Origin: a virus
Taxonomy: Duplodnaviria; Caudoviricetes
Strand: one strand, 5' to 3'
DNA length: 27,151 nt
Virus record (IMG/VR): IMGVR_UViG_3300020044_004536
Span: 1 to 27,151 of that record
Of the stretch, positions 13,864 to 23,139 are shown one piece after another. The position numbers and the translations under genes were made by a program. Under the pieces are notes generated by a model. It was not told the origin of the DNA. It made no database searches and saw nothing but the letters and a program-made list of their open reading frames with translations. The number at the start of each line of letters is the position of its first letter. The stretch's first letter is position 1.

Positions 13864-15579
13864 TTAAGATAAAGTTGTACCTGTTACTGTAAATGTACGG
13901 CAAACCATGTAGCGCGGTCCGTTCGTTGTTTTGGCTGCGAATGAAGTCTCAGCACTTGAAATCGTGGTATAGTATGCGCTTGTAGTTGTTAGTGGATTTG
14001 TTGTACTATTCCAAACATTTTGATTCGTTGTAATGCTGAATGGTGCATAATTTAAAACCGTACTTGATGCGATGCCGTAGTTAAAAATGTTTTGCATTTC
14101 ACGAATGTTACACATTCTCCAACTTGAAAATCCACCAATTACTTTAGCATTTGCAAGGATAATTGCATTTGTCCACGAAATATTATCCGAATAAACAAGT
14201 CGGTAATAACCTAACACCGTAGAATTGTTATAAGTTGACCAATCAATTACAATGTTATTTGTATAGGTTTGCGTTCCAAGTTCCGAAGTAAATCTATTCG
14301 TATTTCCAAAAGGATTATTTGATGCAAGCGCTGTGAATGAAGTTGCTCGTCCTGCTTGTATATTTCCATCGTCACCAGTTGCATAAGATGTAGTTTGCCC
14401 CGACTTAATAAGCGATGCACCAACTGGAACAAAAGAAGCTGTGTTAATTGTTACATCAACATAGTGTTGATTGCCGTTGTAGGATACCGAAGATGGTGTT
14501 ATTGTCGCGTTACTTTGATTCTTTAAACGAATATCAAGTGGCTCTTCTGCGTGAAGTACAAAAGGATTCGCATTGTTAACTGTTATATCGTTGTTTTGTA
14601 TAATGTAGTCAGTTTGAACCCCCGAAGGTGTACTAACTACGGCAATAGTCCCGTCTGCTTCGTGCTTAATGTGTACCGCCCCGTCAGGTGCAACGAGTGT
14701 TTGATTCGTAACGCTTGGCACGGTTGTACTTAAAACTTGCGTTCCTACACTATTGTTAATGCTAAACGTCACGTCTGGAAGTTCAAGACTACCTTCGGCT
14801 AATACGTCAGCTGTATAAGTGTCATTTGAGTTACTAACAAACGAGTCGTTAATACTTCCCTCAACATATCCACCACTTGGAATTGTACCCTCGTATAATG
14901 TTGTCCCTGCGCTATCCGTAAATTTATAACTTGCATCTTCACACGTTGGAAGTGTTACAATTATTTGCTCATCTTGTACGCTTGGGTAAATTTCGTCACT
15001 TAATATATTCCCGTCTTGGTCTTTAACTACAAGGTTAACGTCTGGCAAAACTAATAAACCACCACTTGCAACGGTAGCCGTATAAGTTTGGTCCGTATTT
15101 TCAACGCTTCCGTCTTGACACTCTACGGGTGTAGGTGTAATAGGCTCCATTGGTATTTCGCAAGGTCCGTAAGTTGACACCTCGAACGTTATACCCATGA
15201 CCCACCCTGCGACATAGTCTAAATCGTAGTTATTTAAAGGCGACATTGAAGCCGTACCCACTACATCTAACTGCGCATCCATGTCATTTGTATAATAGAC
15301 ATACATGTCTTTTAAAATCAACTGACAGTCGCTTAAAATAGTGTTTAAATTGGCACGGTCTTTTTGTATAATGTCAACGCAATAAACGTTAATACTAAAT
15401 TGATTCGTATTTAGGTCTTCAAGGTCGCTCAAAGGCTCAATAAAGACGATAGGGTATTTCTCATCTTTAGTTGAAAAGTTAGGCATTTGCTCACGAAACT
15501 CGCCACCGTATTTTTTTATTTGCAAGTGAGCGTTACAAAATTGTTCTATTTTACTTAAAAGTGTTATATAACTTGTCAT
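13864..15579 (-). CDS. virion protein: N-terminal tail-terminator-like domain, repeated beta-rich linker, C-terminal DUF1566/Lcl (C-lectin-like) domain
   Basis: C-terminal KSGQTTSYATGDDG, WTNAI, SWRMCNIREM, WNSTT, MVCR; N-terminal ~145 aa YPIVFI...NVYCVD...AGWVMGITFEV. Confidence 0.6.
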   Translation of the reverse strand: MTSYITLLSKIEQFCNAHLQIKKYGGEFREQMPNFSTKDEKYPIVFIEPLSDLEDLNTNQFSINVYCVDIIQKDRANLNTILSDCQLILKDMYVYYTNDMDAQLDVVGTASMSPLNNYDLDYVAGWVMGITFEVSTYGPCEIPMEPITPTPVECQDGSVENTDQTYTATVASGGLLVLPDVNLVVKDQDGNILSDEIYPSVQDEQIIVTLPTCEDASYKFTDSAGTTLYEGTIPSGGYVEGSINDSFVSNSNDTYTADVLAEGSLELPDVTFSINNSVGTQVLSTTVPSVTNQTLVAPDGAVHIKHEADGTIAVVSTPSGVQTDYIIQNNDITVNNANPFVLHAEEPLDIRLKNQSNATITPSSVSYNGNQHYVDVTINTASFVPVGASLIKSGQTTSYATGDDGNIQAGRATSFTALASNNPFGNTNRFTSELGTQTYTNNIVIDWSTYNNSTVLGYYRLVYSDNISWTNAIILANAKVIGGFSSWRMCNIREMQNIFNYGIASSTVLNYAPFSITTNQNVWNSTTNPLTTTSAYYTTISSAETSFAAKTTNGPRYMVCRTFTVTGTTLS

Positions 15580-17561
15580 AGTGTCGCGTTTTCTTGCATT
15601 TTCTTAACCTTATTTTGTGTGCTTGTTACGTCACTTTCGACAACAACAGCTTTAACCGTTAATTGGTTAGACTTATTTTCTGCGTCTTGTGCTGCGCTTG
15701 TGGTGTTCATGTTGTTACCTTGTCCGAAAAGTGAGAACGAAGGCGCACCGCCTCCAGCGTTTGGAGTAGCACCGCCCCCCATTGGAGTAGTTGAGCCACC
15801 ACCACCGCCACCGCCTGCGCTTTTACCTCCGTATTGAGCCGTTGCAATTTTGGTAATAGTAGCAACCGAAGCCGCAATAGTAGCCGCAAGGGCTGCAATA
15901 CCAATAGGTGTTACAGGTGGGCTCATTGCTATTGACGCAGACGCAGCCTTAAACCCGTCAAGTATAGCCATACTTAACTGCATGGTCTTTTGAATTTGAA
16001 ACTGACGTTTTGCCCGTTTTTCCTTGCTTATTTCGTCTTGTTTTCCGAATCTATCCGATAACATAAATACCGTTTCGGCAAGTGCATTAACTGAGTTAGC
16101 GTAGTCTTCGGCTATCTTAATTTTTTCTTCGCGTTCTTTATTTCTTTTTTCCGCTTCTTTTGCACGGGCTTCGTCTTGAATTTTAGCTAACTCTTCTTGT
16201 TGTCTTTTCTCAAGTTCCTGAGTGTCTAAATTATATTGTTTAGCCTGTTCAATTAGATTAAAGTATTTTTCTCTAACTGCATCCTCCTCAAGTTGTGCCG
16301 CACTACGTGTGTTTTGATCGTATAGTGCGAAAAAATCTTCTTCTTCTTGCGCTCTTAATAACTGAGCATCTTTAATGACCTTGTTTAGTTCCGCTTGTTT
16401 CTTTACTTCCGCATCTACGTATTTTTGATTGATACCTTTAGCCGTTTGTTCTGCCTCCTGGATATATAACGCATCAAGTTTTGCGCGTTCGTCTTTATTT
16501 AGCTTTTCGTTTTTAGCTAAATCTTCGCGTAGTCTTTCGTATTTGTAGGCGTTGGCTTGTAGTTCCTTTTCGACTCCGTCCTGCATTAATCCAAGCGTAA
16601 TGTCTTGAATTAAACGTGTAGCCGCTAACCTATCCGCTAAAAATTGCTTTTGTGCTTCGGCTGCCTTTTGACCTTCGTTTATTACTTCCTGGTTTAACTT
16701 AACCTCTTCGACTTTTATTTCTTGCGCCTTTGCTTTATTTTCTTTAACCGTGTCTTTGTATAGCTTGGTTTGGTTAAGAAATGCGTTGTCCATCACCTCA
16801 AGAAGTTTAAGATTGTTGTTAATCTCTTCTTGCATGTATTTATTTCGTTCGATTCTTAACGCGAGTGTGCTTTTACCTTCGGCATCTAATAAAGCGATTT
16901 TCTGGTCCATCTGACCCAACACCTCTTGACGTTTTTCCTTTTCCTCTTCAAGTGCCGCCGTAGTTTTAGCGAGTGCTTCGTCAGCTGCAAAAGACGTTAA
17001 GCCCATTAAATCTAAAAACCACTTAACCATGTCAATCAATGGTTTGAATGCAGCTGTTAGGAAATCGACAAACTTAGTCACGAATCCAAGTCTTTCGGCT
17101 AACATGTAAAGACCTGCCACAATAGCCGCAACAACAGCAACCAATAAAAATATAGGATTGATTAAAAGTTGCGCACCAAGTTTAAGAAACGCACCCCCAA
17201 CACTTGCAACGGTTGACCCAAGACCCTTTAATCCACTTGAAATAGTTTTACCGTCAATTTTTCCTAAGTTGCCAGCGAACAATTTAGCCGACTCACTCGC
17301 ACCCTCAAAGTCCATTGACATTAACTGCGAAGACATCAACCCGAAGGCGTTAGACGTTTGTTCAAAACGTGACCCCGAAGCGAAGACAGCCGCCCGTTCG
17401 TTGGCATCTTTTAACTTGTCGGACAATTCCCCTGCACGTTCCGCAAGGTCTGCCATTTGTTTAGGGTCTGTTGCGTTTGCAAGTTCCCCTTTTAAGGCTT
17501 TTAACTCAGACCGTATTTGCGCAATACCATTGAGTTTTATATTTATTTCTTGGTCTGCCAT
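15576..17561 (-). CDS. tail tape measure protein
   Basis: 661 aa, A/E/K/Q-rich helical, NPIFLLVAVVAAIVAG hydrophobic segment, Gly-rich near the C-terminus. Confidence 0.8.
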   Translation of the reverse strand: MADQEINIKLNGIAQIRSELKALKGELANATDPKQMADLAERAGELSDKLKDANERAAVFASGSRFEQTSNAFGLMSSQLMSMDFEGASESAKLFAGNLGKIDGKTISSGLKGLGSTVASVGGAFLKLGAQLLINPIFLLVAVVAAIVAGLYMLAERLGFVTKFVDFLTAAFKPLIDMVKWFLDLMGLTSFAADEALAKTTAALEEEKEKRQEVLGQMDQKIALLDAEGKSTLALRIERNKYMQEEINNNLKLLEVMDNAFLNQTKLYKDTVKENKAKAQEIKVEEVKLNQEVINEGQKAAEAQKQFLADRLAATRLIQDITLGLMQDGVEKELQANAYKYERLREDLAKNEKLNKDERAKLDALYIQEAEQTAKGINQKYVDAEVKKQAELNKVIKDAQLLRAQEEEDFFALYDQNTRSAAQLEEDAVREKYFNLIEQAKQYNLDTQELEKRQQEELAKIQDEARAKEAEKRNKEREEKIKIAEDYANSVNALAETVFMLSDRFGKQDEISKEKRAKRQFQIQKTMQLSMAILDGFKAASASIAMSPPVTPIGIAALAATIAASVATITKIATAQYGGKSAGGGGGGGSTTPMGGGATPNAGGGAPSFSLFGQGNNMNTTSAAQDAENKSNQLTVKAVVVESDVTSTQNKVKKMQENATL

Positions 17562-17562
17562 T

Positions 17563-18078
17563 TTACAATACCATCATGGTGTTATCGTAGTCTCCTCTAT
17601 TGCCACAACCTCCCACGGGTTTAATGTCGCTATCTCTATTGAGGTCGCTCGTAAATTGTGGGTATAAACTTTTGTATTCGAGTAGGTAGTTAGTAAGTCT
17701 CTTCTCGTAAAAGGCTGCCATTTGCCCGTAGTGGTCCATAACGAACGCCGTTTCATTTTGGCTAACGTTGTTTGAGTAGTCCCCGAATTGCGTTTGAATA
17801 CCTTTATTTTTTAATTGGTATGTTAATCCGAATGCGGCTTGTTCGGCTGCCCTCCACGCCACTACAAACTGTATTTTTTCGACAAGTGTTTCTTCGTCTT
17901 GTGTTAAGTCTTGAGCGTTGTACTGAGTCAACAAATAATTATAAAAATAAGACCCTAAAATAGCTTGTAAACGCATGTCGGATGCAGGTTTGACGTACGG
18001 ATAAACGTCGGTCACGTCCACATTTTTAGTAATAGGCGTGTTTATCTTTAGAAAATTCTCGGTTACGAAGTAAATCAT
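17563..18078 (-). CDS. putative head-tail adaptor
   Basis: 171 aa, helical, immediately after the portal. Confidence 0.5.
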   Translation of the reverse strand: MIYFVTENFLKINTPITKNVDVTDVYPYVKPASDMRLQAILGSYFYNYLLTQYNAQDLTQDEETLVEKIQFVVAWRAAEQAAFGLTYQLKNKGIQTQFGDYSNNVSQNETAFVMDHYGQMAAFYEKRLTNYLLEYKSLYPQFTSDLNRDSDIKPVGGCGNRGDYDNTMMVL

Positions 18079-19364
18079 GCTGTCGGTGTTTGAGTGTCAG
18101 GTAATGGCGGCAAAGACGCAAGTTCACGAATTTCGTTTTGTGTCATATTCTCCAAAACTTTAGTAGCCAGTGTAGGGTTCATCGCGTTGAGTGCGTTAAT
18201 TACGTCACGTCCCTTCTCGTCTACGCTTGTAATTGTTTCGTTGACTATTTGATAGTTAGTAATTTCGACCTTCGCGTCAATTCCTACGGCTTTTAAAAGT
18301 CCGTTAATTACGTCCGTGATAGTTTCGCGTAGTGGAATGATTGTATTCTTTTCGAAAATAACGTAGGCTTGTTTAATGTCAGACCCAGAACCAAGTGCTC
18401 CCGAAGTACGAACACCCAAAAGTATTGGGTCAATGGTGTGGGCAAAACAAATTTGCTCGGTATTTAATTCACTTACCCCTTTAAAAAGTTCATCGTTAGA
18501 ATTTGTAGGTACATTTACTAAGTCGGGCAAACTTTCCTTGTTATTAGCGAAGAATGCAACCGCTTTTCCTGCGTTCTCAGCACCTTTCAGCTTGTTAACG
18601 GTGTCTTTGATTAACTGCATCTCTTCAGGTCCTTGTGGTTTCTTAGGAAACATCATGGCAAACGAAGGAAAAATCGAGTTTTGAATGTTCGACTTTTGCA
18701 AGTAGGACAATTCACCACTTAAAAAAGCGAAGTTTAACGCACTGGTGTACTGAGGAAGTGGGTAGTAATCTTGTCCGACTGACTTTTGTTCGTATGCGTA
18801 AAGATAAATACCGTCTTTGCACTCCGGGTAATAAGGCTCATAAGTAGTTATTTGCATACCATATTGCCAGTCCTCATTGACAGCGTACAAAGTTTTTGAT
18901 TGATTGATACGGACCTTTTCAGGTGCTACACGTTTTACGTTGTGCGTCTTGCCGTTCTTTAACTCAATGGTAAAATAGCAACGTCCGTGCAAAATAACGT
19001 CTTTAGTAATTACTTTGATCGTGTCTTTGAATCCTATCTTTTTTCCGAAGGCATAAAGCACTACCTTTTCCATGTCAGTTAACTTCGACTCATCGAAAGT
19101 ATATCCACCTCCAATAGTTGCGTTTGTCTTAAAGTCTACAATTGACCCGTGCAACGGACTCATGTAATACATTTCGTTCAAGTACTGAGGATAAAGATTG
19201 TCTTCGCCAAAACGAACGTAACCCTGCGTTGTATATCTTACGTCAATGTGTGGTAATGACAAGTTGCCGTTTGGTATTCTCAAAAACGGCGTACTAAAAC
19301 TTTGATAACCCGTGTCGACAACCTTTAACGTGTCATCTTTTTTAAATTTTCCTAATAATCCCAT
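18075..19364 (-). CDS. portal protein
   Basis: 429 aa; FGEDNLYP, DYYPLPQY, ICFAHTIDPILLG, IIPLRETI portal-type motifs. Confidence 0.8.
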   Translation of the reverse strand: MGLLGKFKKDDTLKVVDTGYQSFSTPFLRIPNGNLSLPHIDVRYTTQGYVRFGEDNLYPQYLNEMYYMSPLHGSIVDFKTNATIGGGYTFDESKLTDMEKVVLYAFGKKIGFKDTIKVITKDVILHGRCYFTIELKNGKTHNVKRVAPEKVRINQSKTLYAVNEDWQYGMQITTYEPYYPECKDGIYLYAYEQKSVGQDYYPLPQYTSALNFAFLSGELSYLQKSNIQNSIFPSFAMMFPKKPQGPEEMQLIKDTVNKLKGAENAGKAVAFFANNKESLPDLVNVPTNSNDELFKGVSELNTEQICFAHTIDPILLGVRTSGALGSGSDIKQAYVIFEKNTIIPLRETITDVINGLLKAVGIDAKVEITNYQIVNETITSVDEKGRDVINALNAMNPTLATKVLENMTQNEIRELASLPPLPDTQTPTA

Positions 19365-19711
19365 TAGTCATAAATTGAATTTGATATACCTTCGACAACC
19401 ATACGCCCCTCCTCAACTTTAATTAATCCTACTTCGTTCGTGTTTTCATCAACTACAATAGGGTCTTCACTTTCGTAAATTTCGTATCGGTATTGACCAA
19501 GTTTGAACGTCACGTCATCGCCCTCAGTAAGATAAAATAAATTGTAACGGTTAGGGTAACTTGAAAAGTCCTCGCCTACCCAGTAAATAGGTGCAAGTGT
19601 TTCGTCCATCTCCCAAACGAATTTAAACAACCAAGTCGGCGAGACAATAGACGCACTTTCAGTAAGTGTTAACGCGAATGTATTAAGTGAATTTTTTTCT
19701 AAGTATATCAT
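19364..19711 (-). CDS. hypothetical virion protein (beta-rich, possible head closure)
   Basis: 115 aa, TAATG-coupled to the portal. Confidence 0.55.
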   Translation of the reverse strand: MIYLEKNSLNTFALTLTESASIVSPTWLFKFVWEMDETLAPIYWVGEDFSSYPNRYNLFYLTEGDDVTFKLGQYRYEIYESEDPIVVDENTNEVGLIKVEEGRMVVEGISNSIYD

Positions 19712-19716
19712 ACTAT

Positions 19717-19748
19717 CTTAATAAGTAAGATTTGAAAAAGTTGGTTAA
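19717..19748 (-). promoter_or_regulatory. putative phage late promoter TTAACCAA-N13-TACTTATTAAG
   Basis: One of three copies with identical spacing, each directly upstream of a structural-gene ATG. Confidence 0.7.
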
Positions 19749-19750
19749 AT

Positions 19751-19778
19751 AAAAAAGGGGAGTAATTAAACCCCCCTT
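19751..19778 (-). terminator. intrinsic terminator after tail tube gene
   Basis: AAGGGGGGTTTAATTACTCCCCTTTTTT. Confidence 0.8.
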
Positions 19779-19798
19779 CCTTTTTAGTGTTAATCTAA

Positions 19799-20308
19799 TT
19801 AAACCAAGTCAGGAATAATCGTTGCGTCAACTTCGTAAGCAAGGTTTTCGTTTTCAGCTACAAAAGTAACCGAGTACTTTGAGCCGTCAGCCTTCGCCGT
19901 TCCAGAACCTTCAGTTACCGCAGTCAATTGAGCCTTTGGAAAATACCAATACTTCCCGTTAGCGTCACCAACTACAAGTGCAAGGTCGCGTTGACCTTCG
20001 CCGAGAATCTTAATTGCCTTAGATTTAGAAGCTTCGCGGCGGTGGAAAATCAAAGTAACGGTCTGAGTGTAGAATGAAGAACCATTAACCAAGTCAATAG
20101 CCGCTTCTTCGGTATACATACCCGTGTTACGTCTAAATTCAAACGGCACGAATTGAGCCGCCAATGTACCGAAGTCAGTAATAACGTAGTTTGTTACGTC
20201 AATCAAAGACGTGTCTACGTTTTCTTGGTCATTAATTAAAATCGAAGTTATCCCTCCGATATTTGAGTCGCACCCCTTAAGGATGGACGTGAGTGTTGTA
20301 CATGACAT
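19799..20308 (-). CDS. putative major tail tube protein
   Basis: 169 aa, beta-rich, followed by its own terminator; GGI..I, DANGKYW, SGTAKADG..YSVTF. Confidence 0.6.
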   Translation of the reverse strand: MSCTTLTSILKGCDSNIGGITSILINDQENVDTSLIDVTNYVITDFGTLAAQFVPFEFRRNTGMYTEEAAIDLVNGSSFYTQTVTLIFHRREASKSKAIKILGEGQRDLALVVGDANGKYWYFPKAQLTAVTEGSGTAKADGSKYSVTFVAENENLAYEVDATIIPDLV

Positions 20309-20329
20309 ATTATTTAGTATTTAAAGTTT

Positions 20330-20356
20330 AAAAAAAAGGGGGCGGTTAAACCCCCC
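20330..20356 (-). terminator. intrinsic terminator after major capsid gene
   Basis: GGGGGGTTTAACCGCCCCCTTTTTTTT. Confidence 0.8.
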
Positions 20357-20373
20357 GAACTATCTAAATAATT

Positions 20374-21306
20374 TTAGCAGAATTGCGCCCCACCGTACCA
20401 AACAACTTGGTTAGTGTTAACAACATAGAATCCAGCTTTAAAGTCAGCACGTGCGCCAATTCTACGGTCCAAAGTAGTGCGTGAGAAATCAACGATTTGT
20501 AGGTTGTCTTGGTCACCTTCAGCATCTAAAGCGTAGATGAAGTTAGTATAATCCGACAAAATAATTGTTGATGCAGGAAGACCGTACTCAACAACAACAG
20601 GAATGTCAAGGTAAGTCAAAGCCAAACCAGTAGTTACGTTTGTGATTGTGTTTGTAGCTGCACATGCAATACGGTAAGCAGCGGCAACGTCCGCAGAAAC
20701 TTTGAACTGCATGTTTGCAGGGTTAACCAACATTTCAGGTGTAGCTTTTGACAAAGTAGCTGCCATTTTAGCAAGTACGTTTGAAGATGTAATAGCTGCG
20801 TATGTTCCGTCAGGTGTCAAATAATCGTCAGCTGTACACAAACGAGACAACCAACCAGTACAAAGTTCAAGAATACCTTGACCTGTACCACCTTGCCACA
20901 TGATTTGTGCAAGTTCTTGGTGTCCTTTTTTCGCCATTGTAGCCCAAAAGAAATTCATGAAAGATGCAACTGAGAAATCTGAGTTTGAACCTTTAGCCAT
21001 TTCCAACGCCAACCATGATTGTTCAAGGTCATATTGACAAACAGACGCTTGTGAAGTCAACGCACAAACGTCAATTTCTACTGCGCTAACATTCGCGTCA
21101 ACTGCGTTAAAATCACATCCAGCCTCAGCAAGAACCGTGTCAAAAAGAACCGTTGCAATTTTAGTTTTGTTTTTAATACCCGGAAGTACACGATAGTTAG
21201 ATACCGCATTTTCCATTCCGTAAAGAAGTGAATAATACTCACTTGGGTTTGCTTGAAGTAACGCACTCGCGTCTACTGTCAAATCGAATTTGTACTTTTT
21301 AGCCAT
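20374..21306 (-). CDS. major capsid protein
   Basis: 310 aa directly after protease/scaffold and followed by a terminator; size and context fit the HK97 fold. Confidence 0.75.
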   Translation of the reverse strand: MAKKYKFDLTVDASALLQANPSEYYSLLYGMENAVSNYRVLPGIKNKTKIATVLFDTVLAEAGCDFNAVDANVSAVEIDVCALTSQASVCQYDLEQSWLALEMAKGSNSDFSVASFMNFFWATMAKKGHQELAQIMWQGGTGQGILELCTGWLSRLCTADDYLTPDGTYAAITSSNVLAKMAATLSKATPEMLVNPANMQFKVSADVAAAYRIACAATNTITNVTTGLALTYLDIPVVVEYGLPASTIILSDYTNFIYALDAEGDQDNLQIVDFSRTTLDRRIGARADFKAGFYVVNTNQVVWYGGAQFC

Positions 21307-21308
21307 TG

Positions 21309-22265
21309 CTATTTTTTTAAGAAATTTGTTACTTGTGTAAACATTTGTGCCGCGCTCATTTTAATCTCCTCTACGGGTGCGACTTCCTCCGTGTTGGTCA
21401 ATTCGTTTTTAAGGTCTGCAATGACTTGCAAAATTTCGCTAACTCGCTGCTCTAAAACAGGGTTAACGATTGCAAGGATAGCTTCTGCATCTGCCGCTGG
21501 GTCAATAGCCGCTTCAACTTCAACTTCAACAACCTCCTCTTCGGTAGGCTCTTCGGTCGGCATTGCTTCAGCTAACTCAACTTCGTTAGACGCTTCAACT
21601 TCCATTGCTACCTCATCGACTTGTGGCTCTTGAACTTCGACAACTACACCGTCTTTTACGATGATAATTGTACCGTCCTCGAGTGTGTGTTCTCCGTCTG
21701 GTAACATATTATTTGTTTTTATTTGGTTGCTTAATTTAAGACCTAAAAAGCCTTCAATGGATAAACCTACTTGACCATTTTCTACAAGTTTATTGTAGTA
21801 ATCAACATCGGTAATTTGAGACGTCACCATTAACGTACCTTTAGGTACTGAAATACCAAACGTTGTTTTAGCCTTGTCGCCTTCGGGGTTATCAACTAAC
21901 CATGCTTCAAGAATATAGGCAGGTACAATTTTGTCGCCTTCGTGTTCTAGGTTGAAAAGGTTACGGTTGTTCAAGTTCAACATGAAATCCTTGAAGATCG
22001 TGTCTATTTCCTGCTCGGTAAATTGAACGTAATACTCCCCCATTTCATCGTCACGCCTGTAAATATCCATTGGTATCATTGCAGGCGCAGTAATACGGTA
22101 TTTCTTCTCGTCTGCAAAGTGGCTCTTTGCTTGGGACTTGAACGCGACACCCTTAACTAATACGGCAGGGTTAGCCGTGAAAGCAATAGCATCAACACCT
22201 AACGGCTCGGTACCGTCATTATACGCTTCGTCAATAGTAATTTTGTACGTAGGTAGTCCATCCAT
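21309..22265 (-). CDS. prohead serine protease (XkdF-like) fused to an acidic scaffold-like C-terminus
   Basis: APAMIP, NLEH, EAW, KGTLM, GLSIEG motifs; acidic E/V/A-rich tail. Confidence 0.75.
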   Translation of the reverse strand: MDGLPTYKITIDEAYNDGTEPLGVDAIAFTANPAVLVKGVAFKSQAKSHFADEKKYRITAPAMIPMDIYRRDDEMGEYYVQFTEQEIDTIFKDFMLNLNNRNLFNLEHEGDKIVPAYILEAWLVDNPEGDKAKTTFGISVPKGTLMVTSQITDVDYYNKLVENGQVGLSIEGFLGLKLSNQIKTNNMLPDGEHTLEDGTIIIVKDGVVVEVQEPQVDEVAMEVEASNEVELAEAMPTEEPTEEEVVEVEVEAAIDPAADAEAILAIVNPVLEQRVSEILQVIADLKNELTNTEEVAPVEEIKMSAAQMFTQVTNFLKK

Positions 22266-22268
22266 TGA

Positions 22269-22300
22269 CTTAATAAGTACACAAAAAAAGTTTTGGTTAA
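22269..22300 (-). promoter_or_regulatory. putative phage late promoter TTAACCAA-N13-TACTTATTAAG
   Basis: Second copy, ending 3 nt before the protease ATG. Confidence 0.7.
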
Positions 22301-22319
22301 TTTTTAAACATAATTTTTA

Positions 22320-22327
22320 TACCTTTG
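22320..22327 (+). promoter_or_regulatory. Bacteroidota -7 promoter box (TACCTTTG) driving the plus-strand island
   Basis: TAnnTTTG 15 nt upstream of ATG 22343. Confidence 0.65.
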
Positions 22328-22342
22328 GTTAAAATCTAAGCA

Positions 22343-22558
22343 ATGGAAAAACTAACAGCAGTAGAATGGCTTATGAACGAAATATATCGCCCAAATAGAA
22401 AAGTTAGCATAACGGATATAATAGATAAAGCAATGGAAATGGAACGACAACAAAAAATTGACCTACTTACTAAATACCACGACAGCCTATTTTATATTCC
22501 TTTTAAGGAAGGTGAAGCCGAAGCAATTTATAACCATTTAAATACAGTAGAAAAATGA
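22343..22558 (+). CDS. hypothetical protein (TAVEWL...AMEMERQQ type)
   Basis: 71 aa, ATGA-coupled to the next gene. Confidence 0.7.
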   Translation: MEKLTAVEWLMNEIYRPNRKVSITDIIDKAMEMERQQKIDLLTKYHDSLFYIPFKEGEAEAIYNHLNTVEK

Positions 22559-23139
22559 TACAACTGTACGGGGTCGAAATACCCAACAACCTAAACGAGT
22601 TAACCGTTCAGCAATTCGATGAACTGAACAAAATTGAGAATAACCAAGAACTAGATACCATTGAAAAGTGGATTGAAAAGTTTATTTACTTGGGTGTACC
22701 CGAAAAGGCGTTCGATAACATGGAACTTGAAGAGTTTGCGCAATACATTAAGCTATTTAATAAATCGGACATTCCACAAGGTCCAAAAGTGACTGAATTA
22801 GTCATTGACAAATATACCTACCAGGCTAACGAATCAATCGGAGTTAAAGACCTTGGATTATTAGAACGAATTTATCGAAGTCAATCCGATGACTTTTGCG
22901 CTCAAACACTTGCAATTCTATTTAAACGAACGGACCTAACCAGAACTGAACACTACGCACCTGCGCATTTAAAGTTTAAGATCAACTTAATGAAAAAACA
23001 AAGTGCTGAAATAGCTTTTCCGTACATCATGGAAATACTTTCAAAAATTACTAAAATAGCCGAAAAGAAAGTCGATGAAACTACCGAAGAATTGGAGTCA
23101 AGTAACAGTGAGCCAATGGCAGGAACTGAGTCTAATTGA
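22555..23139 (+). CDS. hypothetical protein, possible tail assembly chaperone
   Basis: 194 aa acidic; N-terminal IPNNLNELTVQQFDEL resembles the start of the next gene. Confidence 0.6.
   Translation: MIQLYGVEIPNNLNELTVQQFDELNKIENNQELDTIEKWIEKFIYLGVPEKAFDNMELEEFAQYIKLFNKSDIPQGPKVTELVIDKYTYQANESIGVKDLGLLERIYRSQSDDFCAQTLAILFKRTDLTRTEHYAPAHLKFKINLMKKQSAEIAFPYIMEILSKITKIAEKKVDETTEELESSNSEPMAGTESN

Noticed and set aside
13864-14120. Diversity-generating retroelement targeting the DUF1566 C-terminus
   Set aside because: No reverse transcriptase ORF and no second near-copy (template repeat) of this region seen in the window; cannot be excluded outside it
15770-15830. GC-rich CCA/CCG repeat
   Set aside because: Simply encodes the poly-Gly linker near the tape measure C-terminus
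485-22332. Plus-strand and alternate-frame ORFs in the track (e.g. 485..727, 4319..4660, 15619..15837, 17158..17667, 18376..18684, 21391..21633)
   Set aside because: Antisense or out-of-frame shadows of well-supported genes, with no motifs or expression signals
23040-23139. Programmed -1 frameshift joining the two plus-strand genes
   Set aside because: The frames differ by +1, there is no canonical slippery heptamer, and the second gene has its own ATG and paralog-like N-terminus
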